Part shown: piece after piece, positions 62,308 through 64,000 of the stretch
How the letters are laid out: the number at the start of each line of letters is the position of its first letter
Position numbering within the stretch: the first letter of the stretch is position 1
Origin: an uncultured Thermoplasmata archaeon
GTDB taxonomy: Archaea; Thermoplasmatota; Thermoplasmata; Lutacidiplasmatales; UBA184
Length of the DNA: 64,000 nt
Direction of reading: 5' to 3'
NCBI GenBank assembly: GCA_963804505.1
Contig: CAWDQP010000010.1
Coordinates: forward strand, 123,330-187,329
Notes under the pieces: model-generated
The model's input: only the letters and a program-made list of their open reading frames with translations
What the model was told of the DNA's origin: nothing
The model's database searches: none
Translations under genes and position numbers: made by a program

Positions 62308-63091
62308 GTGCGGTCCGACGAGGTGTGGACCACGCCGTCCGAGCTCGCCGAGTACGCGTACTGTCCTCGGGCCCTCCACTACCGGCGCATCTACGGGTCC
62401 GAGCCCGCCGAGCCGTAGCTCGGTGTCGGGCGAGCGGTACCACGCGAGCGTTCTGGGCGCCGAGCTCCGCCGGGCCGATGCACGGGACCGCGTACTGGGC
62501 GATCGTCGCCGCGGGCGCTCTGCTGGTCGTCGGCGGGTTGATCGCGCTCCGGGGCGGATGACCGCCGACCTCGCGGCCGCGATCGTCGTGGGGGGCCTCG
62601 CGGTGCTCGCGGTGGGCGCCGCGCAGCTCGCGCGGCGCCGCCGTGACCGGCGGCTCGGGTCGTTGGTGGCGATCGACGCCGGCTCGGCCGGAGACCCTTC
62701 GGTCCGAGCGGTACCGGATATCCGGGCGGCCGGACATCCTTCGTCGTGCCGCCGACGGCACGCTCGTCCCGATCGAGCTGAAGCACCGCGCGGCACCGGC
62801 GCAGGGCGCGTTCCCCTCCCACGTGGTCCAGGTGTGGGCGTACTGCCTCCTCGTCGAGGAGACGACCGGCCGGGTCGCCGGCGTTCGGCGTCGTGCGGTA
62901 CTCCGACCGGGAGGTACGGGTTCCCTGGAACGCCGCGATCGCGCGCCGAGCTCCTGACGGTCGTCCGCGCGGTGCGCTCGCGCTACGACGGTCGCGCCAC
63001 GCCGAGCCCGGGGCGATGCCGGCGCTGCTCCTGGGCGGACATCTGCGACGTGCGGGCGCGGCCGGCCTGGTCGGCGGGGCTCACCTTTTGA
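62308..63091 (+). CDS. Cas4-like / DUF83 PD-(D/E)xK nuclease with Fe-S cysteines, at least 2 frameshifts. Standalone, with no cas neighbours
   Basis: N-terminal WTTPSELAEYAYCPRALHYRRIYG. Core GRPDILRRAADGTLVPIELKHR…HVVQVWAYCLLVEETTG. C-terminal GRCRRCSWADIC (three-Cys cluster). Spread over three frames. Confidence 0.55.
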
Positions 63092-63880
63092 GGTGGGTCG
63101 TGAACACCTCGGTGACGTACGGCAGTTCGACCCGCGGCCGGCCCGGGTCGCGGGGTTTGTCCGGATCAGCTCCCGGATCTCTGCCGCCACGCGGCGGCGT
63201 TCTGGCTCCGGGCAGGACCGCGACCACGCTCACCGAGAGGAACCGGTCGACGACCTCCGCGGGGGTCAGCCGCTGCACGTGCGAGAAGACACGTCGGCGG
63301 AGGGCCGAGAACGGGCTCCCCCGGGCCCGGATCGCCGCCTTCCAGATCCGTTCCCGCGAGAGATGCGCCCGACCGTACCGGTCGAGTATCTTCGAGACCC
63401 GTCGGGACCAATCGATCGACTCGTCCCGGACGTTCCAGACGAGCCCCAACCCTCCGCCCGGTCGCAGGACCCGGGCGATCTCCTGCATCGCCTCCCGGTG
63501 ACGGAACCACTGGAACGCCTGCGCGACCACGACCGCGTCCGCGATCCCGTCGGGCAGGGGGATCGCCTCCGCCGTGCCCGGGAGAAGAAGGACGCGGGGA
63601 AGCTCCCGCGCGAAGACACGGCGCATGCCGGGAGTCGGCTCGACCGCGACCACCGCGCTGCGGAGCGGGAGGATCGCACGCGTGAACTTCCCGGTCCCGC
63701 TGCCAAGCTCGACGATCGTTCGGCGGGGGCCGAGGCCCAGCGCGCGGCCCAGGTACCGGGCCGCCGCGGGGGGTACCCGGGGCGGCCCCGTTCGTACGCC
63801 TCGGCGCTCCGGTCGAACCCGCGGACCGCGGGATGGGTCCGGAACCGGGGTGTCGTCACGGGGTCCCCCGTCGTGGAGGG
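63081..63880 (-). CDS. class I SAM-dependent methyltransferase (Methyltransf_11-like), frameshifted near 63680
   Basis: N-terminal FDRSAEAYERGRPGYPP in one frame. VAVEPTPGMRRVFARELPRVLLLPGTAEAIPLPDGIADAVVVAQAFQWF…LRPGGGLGLVWN in the other. Confidence 0.55.
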
Positions 63881-64000
63881 GTACGCGAGCGCCCGGCGCG
63901 CCGCGGTCGGGGGAGGACGAGCTGGCCCTCGGCGGCGTCCCCCAGGACGAGCGACCGTCCGGCGAGATGCTCCCGGCCCGTGTACGCGCACATGACGGCG

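Noticed and set aside
1-64000. CRISPR arrays, insertion sequences, integrases, transposases and prophage genes.
   Set aside because: I scanned for short regularly spaced direct repeats and for DDE or tyrosine-recombinase signatures in all ORF translations and found none. The only tandem repeats are protein-coding modules (5062–6199 and 10173–11237).

Overview
This 64 kb window is about 70% GC and comes from an archaeal chromosome. The evidence for an archaeon is the ribosomal-protein operon L7Ae–S28e–L24e at 61.2–62.0 kb, a divergent lrp–glnA pair, an HTH_10 (Bat-like) regulator, a TreT-type trehalose synthase next to an MscS channel, and secreted proteins with thermopsin-like 'FTETGLP' repeats. 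The proteins are basic rather than acidic, so it is not a haloarchaeon; a Thermoplasmatota-like lineage is a guess. I can support roughly 60 protein-coding genes, one tRNA-Leu(CAG) at 38829–38913, and a fluoride riboswitch upstream of crcB–DUF190. I found no CRISPR array, IS element, integrase or rRNA. The content is mostly housekeeping and metabolism, mixed with a cell-surface accessory stretch (4.2–16.5 kb) and several unusual ATPase genes. Many genes, including essential ones (rps28e, rpl7ae, tyrS, glyA, glnA), are broken by 1-nt frameshifts at G/C runs, about 1 per 2 kb and worst between 48 and 63 kb. I read this as indel sequencing error rather than real pseudogenes, and gene coordinates below are given as reconstructed spans. 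Four things seem most worth following up. (1) A gene fusing a RadA-N-like HhH domain, a roughly 300-aa coiled coil and a KaiC/RecA-like ATPase whose Walker A is degenerate (GKD). (2) An HxlR regulator, a 700-bp gap, a HerA/DUF87-like ATPase, a small partner ORF and a LigT/ThpR 2H-phosphoesterase in a row. (3) A trehalose synthesis/turnover plus mechanosensitive-channel module. (4) A giant Kelch plus GLP-repeat secreted protein. The long ORFs in other frames of this high-GC DNA are mostly compositional artefacts and were ignored.
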